64,000 nt of DNA from an uncultured Candidatus Saccharibacteria bacterium (lineage in GTDB: Bacteria > Patescibacteriota > Minisyncoccia > Phycocordibacterales > PALSA-1337). Below the pieces are notes generated by a model. It did no database searches and was not told where the DNA came from. It saw only the letters and a program-made list of their open reading frames with translations. The position numbers were made by a program, and so were the translations under genes. Shown piece after piece: positions 39,436-49,289 of this stretch. Location of the stretch: assembly GCA_964565685.1 (NCBI GenBank), contig CAZMFR010000001.1, positions 36,376 through 100,375 on the forward strand, in the 5' to 3' direction. Within the stretch, counting starts at the first letter, position 1; every line of letters starts with the position of its first letter.

Positions 39436-40857
39436 TCACAACCCTTCCAATGGATCGATCTCTGTCGTCTGTATCTGATTGGCTAGCGCCATGACGCTCG
39501 ATCCATAGGCGCTCGCGCCTTTTACAACACCACAAGCGTGACCGGAATAATATTTACAAGCAGCGTTCTTTTGCGCCGTATAGCTCGACGAATTCGCGCC
39601 GAGATCAGATAGATAGAGTCCAGAGGCAGTGAAAGCATCCAATGGATGCCATGGATTCGGCGCCGTGGAAATACCGAGAGCTGATTTTATCCTATTAACG
39701 AGAAGAGCCCATGTCGAAGCGATGAATTGCGCCGGTCCCATGCCGCCGCCATAGCCGATAGATTGAGGACATGACACTTGCATGGATTTATAATCTAGGC
39801 CTAGAGACGAGGTGATAGCCAAAAACGGCTGGATATCGCGCGACGGCTTCATAACATTGGCGATCCTATTTCCATTGGAATCGACACCGGAACCATCGCC
39901 TGTGTCGGTCAAATAACAGGTGCCGTCATTTTTGCCTATGCCGGTTTCTTGGGTCAGGATGGCAAGAAGAAACGCCTGCGGTACGCCGGTTGCTGTATAA
40001 ACAGTATTGGCATAATTCAAGGCATTACCAAAAGAAATGGCGCTCGTACCGGCGAGGTTGAACAGAGCGGCGCGGATTTGGGCGGCTTTCTGTTCATTTT
40101 GCACCACCAAACTGCTGTAGGCGCTCTCGTTCTCCTTGCTCACTGCGAGCAATTGCTTTTTTTGGTTTTCGGCTTGTTGCACTGTCGCCTGTTGTTGTTG
40201 AATGACTTGCTTTGCATCGATCTCCTGATTCTGCTTGTCAGTCAATTGGGCTTTCTCGCTTTGGTTTTCTGCTTCATTGGCGCGCAATTGATTGAAGGTG
40301 ACCGCCAATGCCTGCTGAACAGATTGAAAATCGTCAAAACTAGCCATCGCCTGCGACAAGCTATCGCTACCGAGGATTATATTAGCCAAAGTTATGTCGC
40401 CGTTCTCATTTATTTTGACCAATATCTCGGCTAGGGTTTGATGACCCTGATCTATCTGATTCCCGAGCATGTTTATATTTGACTGCTTTTGAGTTATGTT
40501 CTGACCGAGAGTCTGTATGATCAGATTCTCCTGCTTTATCTTTAGATTTGCCGCGTTGATCTGCGCTGTCAGGACATTTATGTCTTTCTGGATGGATGCG
40601 CTCTGATTCTGGGCACTTTGGAGCTGTACCTGGGCTTGGGCTTCTTCGGCCTCTACTTGAGCTAATTCTGCTTGGAGAGCGGCTTGGGTCGTAACAGTGG
40701 AAGGAATAACGGTAGAAACGGTTGTCTGAGCATCGGCAAAATTCAGAGGAAAGATGAAAAGAAAAACATATAGAAACGAACAAAAAGCCATGCCTGTTGG
40801 CAGGCAGGCGAGAAACGAGAAGCGAGGCGAGGCAAATGAGGAACGGAAAAAGGTCAT
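39436..40857 (-). CDS. coiled-coil protein with lytic murein transglycosylase domain
   Basis: signal/TM, long Gln-rich coiled coil, AILTQET, GGMGPAQFI..TW, NPW. Confidence 0.85.
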   Translation of the reverse strand: MTFFRSSFASPRFSFLACLPTGMAFCSFLYVFLFIFPLNFADAQTTVSTVIPSTVTTQAALQAELAQVEAEEAQAQVQLQSAQNQSASIQKDINVLTAQINAANLKIKQENLIIQTLGQNITQKQSNINMLGNQIDQGHQTLAEILVKINENGDITLANIILGSDSLSQAMASFDDFQSVQQALAVTFNQLRANEAENQSEKAQLTDKQNQEIDAKQVIQQQQATVQQAENQKKQLLAVSKENESAYSSLVVQNEQKAAQIRAALFNLAGTSAISFGNALNYANTVYTATGVPQAFLLAILTQETGIGKNDGTCYLTDTGDGSGVDSNGNRIANVMKPSRDIQPFLAITSSLGLDYKSMQVSCPQSIGYGGGMGPAQFIASTWALLVNRIKSALGISTAPNPWHPLDAFTASGLYLSDLGANSSSYTAQKNAACKYYSGHACGVVKGASAYGSSVMALANQIQTTEIDPLEGL

Positions 40858-40908
40858 TGAGACATTATACCAAAAAAATCCCTAAAATACTTATGATAAA
40901 AAATGGAT

Positions 40909-41820
40909 TTATTCCATCCCTCTCAATATAGCGATGCGTTCCGAAGTCGGCGGATGAGTCATAAAAAGCTTTGCTATCCCTTGACCTGCTTTTGCTCCAA
41001 AAGGATTTGAAATGTAGAGATGCGCAGTGGCGTTGTTCGCAGTCCCCATCGGCTGACTGTAGGATTGGATCTTTTCAAGGGCGCTAGCCAATCCTTCCGG
41101 ATAACGCGTGAGCAAAGCGCCATCGGCATCTGCTAGAAACTCGCGTTTTCTTGAGATGGCAAGTTGGATGAGTTGGGCAACAATAGGTGAAAGGATGACA
41201 AAGATAATGCCTATTATTGCAAGAATAGCTCCGAGCTGACCGCCAGAGTTTCGACTATTGCCTCGCCGATCGCCGCCGACGCCAAACCACATGCTTCGGG
41301 TAAAGACGTAAGCGATGATAGATATAAAGCCGACGAGGACGACGACTGTCGTCGAGAGCAAGATGTCGCGATTGCCGATATGGGAAAGCTCGTGAGCCAG
41401 AACCCCCGACAATTCATTCTTGTCCATCATATCCAAAAGACCCTGTGTCACCGCGACTGCGGCATGGTTTTTGTCGCGACCAGTGGCAAAGGCATTCGGC
41501 GCCATATCGGGGATTATGTACAATTTCGGCATCGGCAAACCGGCAGTGATGCACAGATTTTCGACGACTTGAAAAAGCTGGGGATCATCTTCCCTTTTTG
41601 CTGGCATCGCCTTTGCGAGCGAGAGCGAAATCTTGTCCGAATACCAGTAGCTGGCTATGTTCATGGCAAGGGCTATGAATATGGCGGCAAAGATAAAGAT
41701 CGGGCTCCCATAGTACCAGCTGATGAACCAGCCGATGGCGACGACAAGGACCAAGAATATGGCCATCAGGAACCATGTCCGTCTGACGTTCTTATCTTGT
41801 TGGGTATAGAGGGTAGCCAT
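40909..41820 (-). CDS. htpX: zinc metalloprotease HtpX (M48)
   Basis: PNAFATGR, AHELSH, SRKREFLAD, THPP. Confidence 0.94.
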   Translation of the reverse strand: MATLYTQQDKNVRRTWFLMAIFLVLVVAIGWFISWYYGSPIFIFAAIFIALAMNIASYWYSDKISLSLAKAMPAKREDDPQLFQVVENLCITAGLPMPKLYIIPDMAPNAFATGRDKNHAAVAVTQGLLDMMDKNELSGVLAHELSHIGNRDILLSTTVVVLVGFISIIAYVFTRSMWFGVGGDRRGNSRNSGGQLGAILAIIGIIFVILSPIVAQLIQLAISRKREFLADADGALLTRYPEGLASALEKIQSYSQPMGTANNATAHLYISNPFGAKAGQGIAKLFMTHPPTSERIAILRGME

Positions 41821-41891
41821 AATAGAAAATGAAAAGGAAAGAAAAACGGGAAGAATCTAAAAATGTTCGGGCTCGGAAGACGGAGCGAAAA

Positions 41892-42362
41892 TCACCTGGC
41901 TTTTATGATATCATCAACCATCTTTATCTCATCCAATATCCCGTCAATGAAATCTATGCTTTTTGCCTCTTCCAAAGTGACCCACTTGTAGGCAATACTG
42001 TCTTTGTCCAAGGCGACGTCTCCGGACTTATATTTTGCAAAGTAGCTCAAGATGACGACAGGAATCCCATCTGGCCTTATGAAAGCTATATCGAGCAGAT
42101 ATTCAGGATTTTCCGTTTCCAAATTAACCTCTTCTTTGACTTCCCTTCGCAATGCGTTTGACACTGCGTTGTACCATTGTCCGTCTTTGTTCGGCTTTGA
42201 ATTCATATAATCATCCACTTCAAGCCCGCCGCCGGGAACAGTCCATTTTCCCGGAAAAGCCTTTTTCTGAAGCGAGCGCCGGGTCACCAAATATTTACCT
42301 TCGTCGTTGTAAATTATGGCTGTGATAGATATCCTATGCAATTCTTTGTCCTTTATCTCCAT
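41892..42362 (-). CDS. NUDIX hydrolase
   Basis: WTVPGG..ALRREVKEE nudix box. Confidence 0.9.
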   Translation of the reverse strand: MEIKDKELHRISITAIIYNDEGKYLVTRRSLQKKAFPGKWTVPGGGLEVDDYMNSKPNKDGQWYNAVSNALRREVKEEVNLETENPEYLLDIAFIRPDGIPVVILSYFAKYKSGDVALDKDSIAYKWVTLEEAKSIDFIDGILDEIKMVDDIIKAR

Positions 42363-42413
42363 GGATTTTATAGATTAGCCCTTTAACTTTTGCTTTTAAT
42401 TTTTGTATTTTCC

Positions 42414-42974
42414 TTAAAATTTGACTTCCACCGGCTCCTTTGCGGCCGCATCGCTAGCATCGAGCTGGAAGAATTCCATCGTCGCAAAATGGAAAGTTCC
42501 GGCGATCAAATTGCCTGGAAAAACCTGAATCGAAGTGTTGAAGTCGCGGACATTGCCGTTGTAGAAACGGCGAGCGGCTTGGATCTTGTCTTCGGTGTCG
42601 GTCAATTCTGATTGAAGGGCAAGAAAATTCTGATTGGCCTTCAGATCAGGATATGCTTCTGAAACGGCAAAGAGAGACTTTAAAGCTCCAGCCAGTTGAT
42701 TCTCTGCTTGACCTTTATTGGCGAGGCCTGTCGCACTCATAGCGGCAGTGCGAGCGTTCGTCACATCTTCAAAAACTGTCTTTTCGTGCGCGGCGTATCC
42801 CTTGACCGTCTCTACTAGGTTTGGAATCAGATCATAACGGCGCTTTAGCTGGACATCGATATCAGCCCAAGATTCCTGCGCGCGATTTCTAGAACGGACC
42901 AACCCATTAAAGGCGATGATAGCCCAAAGAACCAGAATAATGATTATTACGACGATGACATATATGGTGATCAT
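42414..42974 (-). CDS. lemA: LemA family protein
   Basis: IDVQLKRRYDLIPNLV, EAYPDLKA, ARRFYN. Confidence 0.95.
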   Translation of the reverse strand: MITIYVIVVIIIILVLWAIIAFNGLVRSRNRAQESWADIDVQLKRRYDLIPNLVETVKGYAAHEKTVFEDVTNARTAAMSATGLANKGQAENQLAGALKSLFAVSEAYPDLKANQNFLALQSELTDTEDKIQAARRFYNGNVRDFNTSIQVFPGNLIAGTFHFATMEFFQLDASDAAAKEPVEVKF

Positions 42975-42983
42975 AGATTTATG

Positions 42984-43685
42984 TTAGTTATTCTGTGTGC
43001 TGGTTGCTGTCGGATGATAATCTGTCTCCGGTTCGCCGACTGGAGGGGTCACAAAGACGAACGATTGCACGACGTCCTTGAACTGCGCGTTAGCGATATC
43101 GATCTGGGCTTGGCTATTGGCATTTATTTTCGGCACGTCAGAAGTAGAGAAGCCCTTTGTCGTTGGATTGATCGTAACCGATTCAAAAGTGAACATGTAG
43201 CAGACGTTTCCTTTTTGCAGAGAATACAGCTGATCGAAATAATTGCGTCCATCTACGGAATTTTGCATAGAAACAGTGTCTAATGTCAGTCCGCCGACAT
43301 TGATCGTGCCCTTGTCCTTTATTGTTACGACTGGCGGAAAAGCACAATTGCCGGAAAGGACCTGGATAGATGCATCGAGGGTGCCGATGGTCGTCTGTGG
43401 AAATTGATCGGGAATGACAAAGGTCACGCCAGCAGGCGCGCTCTCTGTTTGCCACGCCGTCGGATAGTTCACAGAGAAGCCCAGCTCTTCATTCTGAAAT
43501 TGCGACAGAGAAGAAGAGAGCTTGTTATTTTCAACCGGACTGACAGAAGCCGAAGAATCATCCGACGTCAACGCATTCGAAGCGTTAGGACCCTGCTCAT
43601 AATTTTGATAGACATGAACGGCTAAAATAATAATGGCGATAATGACTAGGACGACTATCGTCCAAATGATTGATTGTTTTTTCAT
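42984..43685 (-). CDS. membrane-anchored PsbP-like hypothetical protein
   Basis: N-terminal TM, GFSVNYPTAW, VVQSFVF. Confidence 0.7.
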   Translation of the reverse strand: MKKQSIIWTIVVLVIIAIIILAVHVYQNYEQGPNASNALTSDDSSASVSPVENNKLSSSLSQFQNEELGFSVNYPTAWQTESAPAGVTFVIPDQFPQTTIGTLDASIQVLSGNCAFPPVVTIKDKGTINVGGLTLDTVSMQNSVDGRNYFDQLYSLQKGNVCYMFTFESVTINPTTKGFSTSDVPKINANSQAQIDIANAQFKDVVQSFVFVTPPVGEPETDYHPTATSTQNN

Positions 43686-43736
43686 GGTAGAAATAGTATA
43701 GCAAGCGGCGGCTTTATTGGGAAGCATGCCGAGGCG

Positions 43737-44444
43737 TCACCTGGGTACGGAGACGACACCTGTGTTAAAAGTGCCGAGCATCGCCGCGGCTATGGCTTCA
43801 GTCTTGGATAATTCGGCATCATGGATCTTATCGGCGGCATTTATCGCGTCTGTATCAGACAAGTAAAACCCCGCACCGTCCGTGCCATGGTCAAAGAACG
43901 TGATGCGATAGCACAGATTATTCGCAATTGTGTCATAAGTCATGGTCAAATATCTGTTGCCAGCTGCGGCGTCATTTATTGTGTTCTCTGTAAAAGTCAC
44001 GCCATTGATATCGAGCATCGTCGGACCTTTGTCGATCGGCCCTTGTTCTACGACAGGACAAGTCGAACTTGCCGTCACGATGACATAAGCTTCATCCTTC
44101 AAGACGGTCGAAAAATAGATTTCTTTTGGAAATTGAAGGGCAAGGAGATACGGTCCGGCTATCGTCGGAATAGTTGAAGTGGAGAAAGCAAGATCGGCCG
44201 GATATTTTATATTGAACGCTGGTTGTGCGTTCGAATATATTTTCCAGGATGACATGTCGATGGCAGGAGAAGTCGTTGAAGTCGAGGTGGAGCCCGCTGT
44301 TTGTCCTTGATTCACAATTGGAACGATCGTGCTCGAAGTGGCAGAGATAGAAGTAGTCGGAGCGTGCACCTGGTCGAGCACTAGAAAGATAGCGGCTATG
44401 ATTATGACGATGACGAATATGACTATCGATGTTTTTGATTTCAT
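43737..44444 (-). CDS. membrane-anchored PsbP-like hypothetical protein
   Basis: N-terminal TM, Ser/Thr linker, WKIYSN..FNIKYP, AAAGNRY; paralog-like to its neighbour. Confidence 0.7.
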   Translation of the reverse strand: MKSKTSIVIFVIVIIIAAIFLVLDQVHAPTTSISATSSTIVPIVNQGQTAGSTSTSTTSPAIDMSSWKIYSNAQPAFNIKYPADLAFSTSTIPTIAGPYLLALQFPKEIYFSTVLKDEAYVIVTASSTCPVVEQGPIDKGPTMLDINGVTFTENTINDAAAGNRYLTMTYDTIANNLCYRITFFDHGTDGAGFYLSDTDAINAADKIHDAELSKTEAIAAAMLGTFNTGVVSVPR

Positions 44445-44486
44445 GTGACTTTTATAGCCATGTACGAGGTGGCACCTTGTACATTT

Positions 44487-46160
44487 TTAATATCCCATAT
44501 CTCCCATCCCTTGGTTGCTTTGCGGTCTCTTTTCCTCCAGTTCATCTGCTATTGCGGCCTCTGTCGTGAGGAGCAAGGCGGCGGCGGAGCAGGCATTTTC
44601 GACGCCGAGGCGGGCGACTTTGACAGGATCGACGATGCCGACGGCTATCATATCATCGACCATTTTATCGGCGAGAGCGTCATAGCCGCTGTTTCCCTTG
44701 CCATTTTTTATCTTGTCCACGATGACAGAGCCATCGTCTTTGCCGGCATTGATCGCGATTTGTTTCAAGGGGGCTTCGAGCGCCTTCAAGACGATCTCGT
44801 AGCCGATGTTCTCTTCTGCGCTGGATATCTTTCCGGCTTTTGTCTGTCTCAAGGATGAGGACTTTGCCACTTCATTCGCCGCGCGGACTAGAGCGACGCC
44901 TCCACCAGGCACGATGCCTTCTTCGATTGCGGCTTTCGTGGCGTTTACGGCGTCTTCCAATTTCAATTTCAAGTATTTCATCTCGGTCTCGGTGGCCGCG
45001 CCGACACGAATGACTGCCACGCCTCCAGAGAGCTTTGCTATCCGTTCAGCCAGTTTGTGCGCGTCGCCGTATTCGCTTGCCCTCTCTTTTGCAGAAAAAT
45101 TTTCATACTGCTTCTTTAATTGAGCGACTCTCTTTTCAATATCGGATTTCTTGCCCTTGCCTCCGACAATGACCGTATCATCTTTCGTGGAAATGACTTT
45201 GCGGGCTTTGCCGAGCATGCCGATATCTGCTTTTTCAAACTTTATACCGACATCCTCGCTTATCACTGTGGCGCCGACCGTCACGGCGATGTCATCGAGC
45301 ATGGCTTTTTTGTTGTCTCCATAACCCGGCGCTTTGACTGCCAAAACATTGAATGTGCCCCTTAATTTATTCACAACAAAAGTAGACAGCGCCTCTCCAT
45401 CGACGTCTTCGGCGATGATGACCAGATCTTTCTTTCCGCTTTGAGCGAGCTGTTCAAGCAAAGGCAGAACCTCCTTTATCGCAGAAATTTTCTTGTCTGT
45501 GATGAGGATAGCCGGCTCTTTTAATTCCGCCTCCATGCGTTCGACGTTCGTGATCATATAAGCCGAAACGTACCCTTTATCAAACTGGATCCCTTCGACG
45601 ACTTCCGACTCGAGGGTGGTCGTTTGAGATTCTTCGACAGTGACGACGCCGTCCTTGCCCACCTTCTTTATGGTTTCTGCGATGATAGAACCTAGTTCGA
45701 CAGATTCGGAGGAAACAGTGGCGACTTGTCTTATCTCTTCGTCGCTCTTTATCGGTTTTGCCGCTTTCTTCAAGGCAGTAACGACGTCTTTTGCGGCAGC
45801 TTCGATTCCGGCTCGCACGCCCATGGCGTTTATGCCCATGCTCGTCTGTTTCATCCCTTCGTCTATTATGGCTTGGGTCAAAATGGTGGCGGTCGTCGTT
45901 CCGTCCCCTGCGATATCATTCGTCTTTGTCGCAACCTCCTTTATGATCTCGGCGCCCATATTCTCGAATCTGTCTTTCAAAGAAATGTCCTTTGCGATGG
46001 AAACGCCGTCATTGGTTATGGTCGGGCTTCCGTATCCTTTATCGAGAACGACATTTCTGCCGCGCGGACCTATCGTGATCTTTACCGCATCGGCTACGAT
46101 GTCGACTCCTCTTTTCAAAGCTTTGCGCGCCTCCTCGTTGTATAGAATTTTTTTGGACAT
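44487..46160 (-). CDS. groL: chaperonin GroEL
   Basis: GPRGRNV, TITNDGV, AGDGTTTA, KLSGGVAVI, EEGIVPGGG. Confidence 0.98.
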   Translation of the reverse strand: MSKKILYNEEARKALKRGVDIVADAVKITIGPRGRNVVLDKGYGSPTITNDGVSIAKDISLKDRFENMGAEIIKEVATKTNDIAGDGTTTATILTQAIIDEGMKQTSMGINAMGVRAGIEAAAKDVVTALKKAAKPIKSDEEIRQVATVSSESVELGSIIAETIKKVGKDGVVTVEESQTTTLESEVVEGIQFDKGYVSAYMITNVERMEAELKEPAILITDKKISAIKEVLPLLEQLAQSGKKDLVIIAEDVDGEALSTFVVNKLRGTFNVLAVKAPGYGDNKKAMLDDIAVTVGATVISEDVGIKFEKADIGMLGKARKVISTKDDTVIVGGKGKKSDIEKRVAQLKKQYENFSAKERASEYGDAHKLAERIAKLSGGVAVIRVGAATETEMKYLKLKLEDAVNATKAAIEEGIVPGGGVALVRAANEVAKSSSLRQTKAGKISSAEENIGYEIVLKALEAPLKQIAINAGKDDGSVIVDKIKNGKGNSGYDALADKMVDDMIAVGIVDPVKVARLGVENACSAAALLLTTEAAIADELEEKRPQSNQGMGDMGY

Positions 46161-46301
46161 GATAGTGTAAAGTAAATAGTCAAAATGCAAGAGTCAAAGC
46201 ATGAAGCGGAAAGCAAATGATTTCAATATTTTTTGACTTTCATTTTTGCTCGTCTACTATCAGGCATGGCCTTTGATCTTGACTTATTTTTTATTTTTAA
46301 A

Positions 46302-46631
46302 TTATTTAATAATAGCCAATATCTCGCTTTCTCTAACCAAATAATAATCCTCATCTTCTATTCTGACCTTGTCCCCCCATTGGAAAAGGACGACGTCGCC
46401 TGCTTTGACAGATATAGGCACGAGCTGACCTTCTTCGACACGGCCAGGACCGATAGCCATGACTTGGCCGCGTTTGCCCGCCTTGTCCTCGTTGACAGTC
46501 ACGGGGATTATGATGCCGCTCGAAGTCTTTTTTTCGCTCGATTCTGTGTCCTCTTTTATGAGGACGCGATCGGCTAGCGGTTTGATTTTATTTGCAACCT
46601 TACTGCCTTTTTGATTTTTTTGTTCTTTCAT
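46302..46631 (-). CDS. groS: co-chaperonin GroES
   Basis: IKPLADRVLI, SGIIIP, VKAGDVVLF, RESEILA. Confidence 0.96.
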   Translation of the reverse strand: MKEQKNQKGSKVANKIKPLADRVLIKEDTESSEKKTSSGIIIPVTVNEDKAGKRGQVMAIGPGRVEEGQLVPISVKAGDVVLFQWGDKVRIEDEDYYLVRESEILAIIK

Positions 46632-46875
46632 GAAATTGATAGAAAGTGCTTTTAGTTTTATCTGATAATGGCGACTTTTCAAACAACGCCTCGTTTGAAG
46701 CGGTGTTGGGCGATTAATTGGCTCTAATTATAGGTAAAAATAGAAAGATAGCAACTTGACAACGATGCAAAAATATGACAGGTTCTCGAGTAGAATTTTG
46801 AAAATTCAAGTCAACAGAAATTAACAACAAAAGGAAAAGAAACCCGTTCAATTCAAGGTTACAGTCAAAGCACGC

Positions 46876-47050
46876 ATGTATCATGGCGTTATACATGAAG
46901 CCATGACGCGATTTGGAATGAACCAGACAAAATTGGCCAAATATCTCGGGATAAGTCTGGGAACGCTTGGAGCCATATCCGCCATATATGGTCAAATCTA
47001 TGCGCCAAGATCTGATTTTGTCCATAAACTTGCGCGAAATCTTACGTCAT
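46876..47050 (+). pseudogene. XRE-type HTH remnant; its frame reads through secG to 47403
   Basis: MTRFGMNQTKLAKYLGISLGTL HTH signature. Confidence 0.4.
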
Positions 47051-47065
47051 GTTATGCTCCTACCA

Positions 47066-47296
47066 ATGAAGTCCCTAGCATCGTTTCTGCCATACGCGCA
47101 AATCGCGGTCGCCGCGGTTCTTGTCGCATTCATACTACTACAGAGAACCGGCGCACAGGTTGGTGGAGCTTTTGGCGGATCAGACAACTGGAGCTCGGCA
47201 TATCACACGCGCCGCGGCCTCGAGAAAGGACTTTTTGTCGGCACTATCATAACTGGAATAATATTTGCCGCATTATCATTGATATCGCTATTATAA
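47066..47296 (+). CDS. secG: preprotein translocase subunit SecG
   Basis: ILLQRTGAQVGGAFGG, TRRGLEK, two TMs. Confidence 0.92.
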   Translation: MKSLASFLPYAQIAVAAVLVAFILLQRTGAQVGGAFGGSDNWSSAYHTRRGLEKGLFVGTIITGIIFAALSLISLL

Positions 47297-47424
47297 AAGC
47301 CAAAAGTCTTAAAGTCCTTAGTCAAAAGTCAATACAAAAACGGATGCAAGGATTGTCGGCTTTTGATTCGGTGCTTTCGACTTTTATGTTAACAATCTTT
47401 TAACCAAATTGAATATAAACTATT

Positions 47425-49179
47425 GTGATTGAACCAACATCATCTCCGGAAGCTCGCGAATTCCGCATTAAAAAAGGCGAAAAAGCTCTTGCTTTGTTCC
47501 GCGCTTTTTCTGCTACGGAAAAAATAATATTCCTATGCTTTGTTGCTATCGCGTTAGTGACAGCCCTGGTGATGGCAGATGAGGCGAGCCAATATTTCAT
47601 GGTAACTGTGCCTGCTGATGGAGGAACTCTGGTCGAAGGAGAAGTAGGTACGCCGCGCACAGCAAATCCGATTTTGGCTTTCACGGATGTCGACCAGGAT
47701 GTTACTTCCCTGGTTTACGCAGGTCTCTTGCGCAGGGATTCTTCCGGCAACTTGGTGCCGTGCTTGGCCGAGAGCTATTCCATATCGTCTGACGGATTGA
47801 CTTACGATTTTATTTTAAAGAAAAACATATTTTTTGACGACGGCAAGCCGATCACAGCGGATGACGTCGTCTTTACCGTGAACAAAACCCAAGACGCCGC
47901 GATCAAAAGCCCAGAGCGGGCCGATTGGGCAGATGTAACGGTGAAAAAAATCAGCGACAGCGAAGTGCAATTCATATTGAACCAGCCGTACGCGCCATTT
48001 TTGGCCAATACGACCCTCGGCATATTGCCGCAACATATCTGGGGAAATATCAGCGATGATCAGTTTATCTTCAACAGTCACAATATTCAGCCGACCGGCG
48101 ACGGACCTTACGAAGTTGAGACTGTCTCAAAGGATTCAAATGGGGTGCCGCAATCTTATACGCTCGTGCCGTCAAAATATTATACTGGGACAAAACCTTA
48201 TATATCAAAGATCATCCTCGATTTTTATCCGGACGAAAGCCACGCTTTTTCCGCTCTCGAAACCGGAGAGATAGATAGCTTGGCGGGACTTGACCCAGAC
48301 GACGCATCCGCCCTGGCTTCGACCAGCGCTTCTGTAAAGATTCTGACCAATCCGGTGCCGCGCCTCTTTGGAATATTTTTCAATCAAAATCAGAATCCTA
48401 TCCTCGCCGACAAAGCGGTGCGCCAAGCATTATCGTTGGCGGTAGATCGGGAGAGGATCGTCAGCGATGTCCTCGACGGCTACGGGATTCCAGTCAATAG
48501 CCCTGTCCCGCTCGGCATTTTAAAAGCTTCTTCGTCTTCCCTATCGGCTTCCTCTAGCATAGCCCTCGCCACTAGCACTTTGGAAAAAGACGGTTGGAAA
48601 CTAAACGCCAGCGGCATTTACGCAAAAATTGTGAACAAGAAAACCAAGACTCTAAGTTTTTCTATAACCACCGCTGATTCGCCGGATCTGACGGCCGCCG
48701 CTAATATGGTTGCGGAACAATGGCGCGCCATCGGAGCAAACGTCACAGTAAATGTTTTTGAATACAGCGACCTGGAAAACACCATCGGTGCCAGGTCCTA
48801 TGATTCGCTCCTCTTTGGCCAATACATCAGTAACGGTCTCGATCTGTACGCATTTTGGAATTCTTCGCAGAGAAACGCCCCCGGCCTGAATATCGCCGAG
48901 TATGCCAATATTTCCGCAGATAAAGCTCTTTCTTCTGCCCGATCAGCTACCAGCTCCACGGCACAATCGGCTGACCTGTCCGCATTTCAAGCCATCTTTT
49001 CCCAAGATATTCCCGCCGTGTTCATTTATTCACCAGATCTGATCTATGTCATACCGGACAAACTGCATGGCGTGGATATTGATTCGGTTTCCATGCCCGC
49101 CGATCGATGGAACGGAGTAAGTAATTGGTATATAGATACGGATAGAGTTTGGAGCATATTTACGGAATTCAAATTATAA
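47425..49179 (+). CDS. peptide ABC transporter substrate-binding protein (family 5)
   Basis: GGTLVEG, NPI, DGKPITADDVVFT, GILPQHIW, GPY, VRQAL. Confidence 0.9.
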   Translation: MIEPTSSPEAREFRIKKGEKALALFRAFSATEKIIFLCFVAIALVTALVMADEASQYFMVTVPADGGTLVEGEVGTPRTANPILAFTDVDQDVTSLVYAGLLRRDSSGNLVPCLAESYSISSDGLTYDFILKKNIFFDDGKPITADDVVFTVNKTQDAAIKSPERADWADVTVKKISDSEVQFILNQPYAPFLANTTLGILPQHIWGNISDDQFIFNSHNIQPTGDGPYEVETVSKDSNGVPQSYTLVPSKYYTGTKPYISKIILDFYPDESHAFSALETGEIDSLAGLDPDDASALASTSASVKILTNPVPRLFGIFFNQNQNPILADKAVRQALSLAVDRERIVSDVLDGYGIPVNSPVPLGILKASSSSLSASSSIALATSTLEKDGWKLNASGIYAKIVNKKTKTLSFSITTADSPDLTAAANMVAEQWRAIGANVTVNVFEYSDLENTIGARSYDSLLFGQYISNGLDLYAFWNSSQRNAPGLNIAEYANISADKALSSARSATSSTAQSADLSAFQAIFSQDIPAVFIYSPDLIYVIPDKLHGVDIDSVSMPADRWNGVSNWYIDTDRVWSIFTEFKL

Positions 49180-49289
49180 GATTAAAATTATTAAAAGATA
49201 AAAGTTAAAATTCCAGAGCCGAAAGCCATAAGTCAAAAAGATAAGCATCGACTTTTGACCAGATACATCCGGCTTTCGATCAAAAAACC

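Noticed and set aside
49194-49212. Partial AAAAGTTAAAA match to the regulon box
   Set aside because: Only one half-site, embedded in a heptamer-repeat tract with no correctly spaced -10
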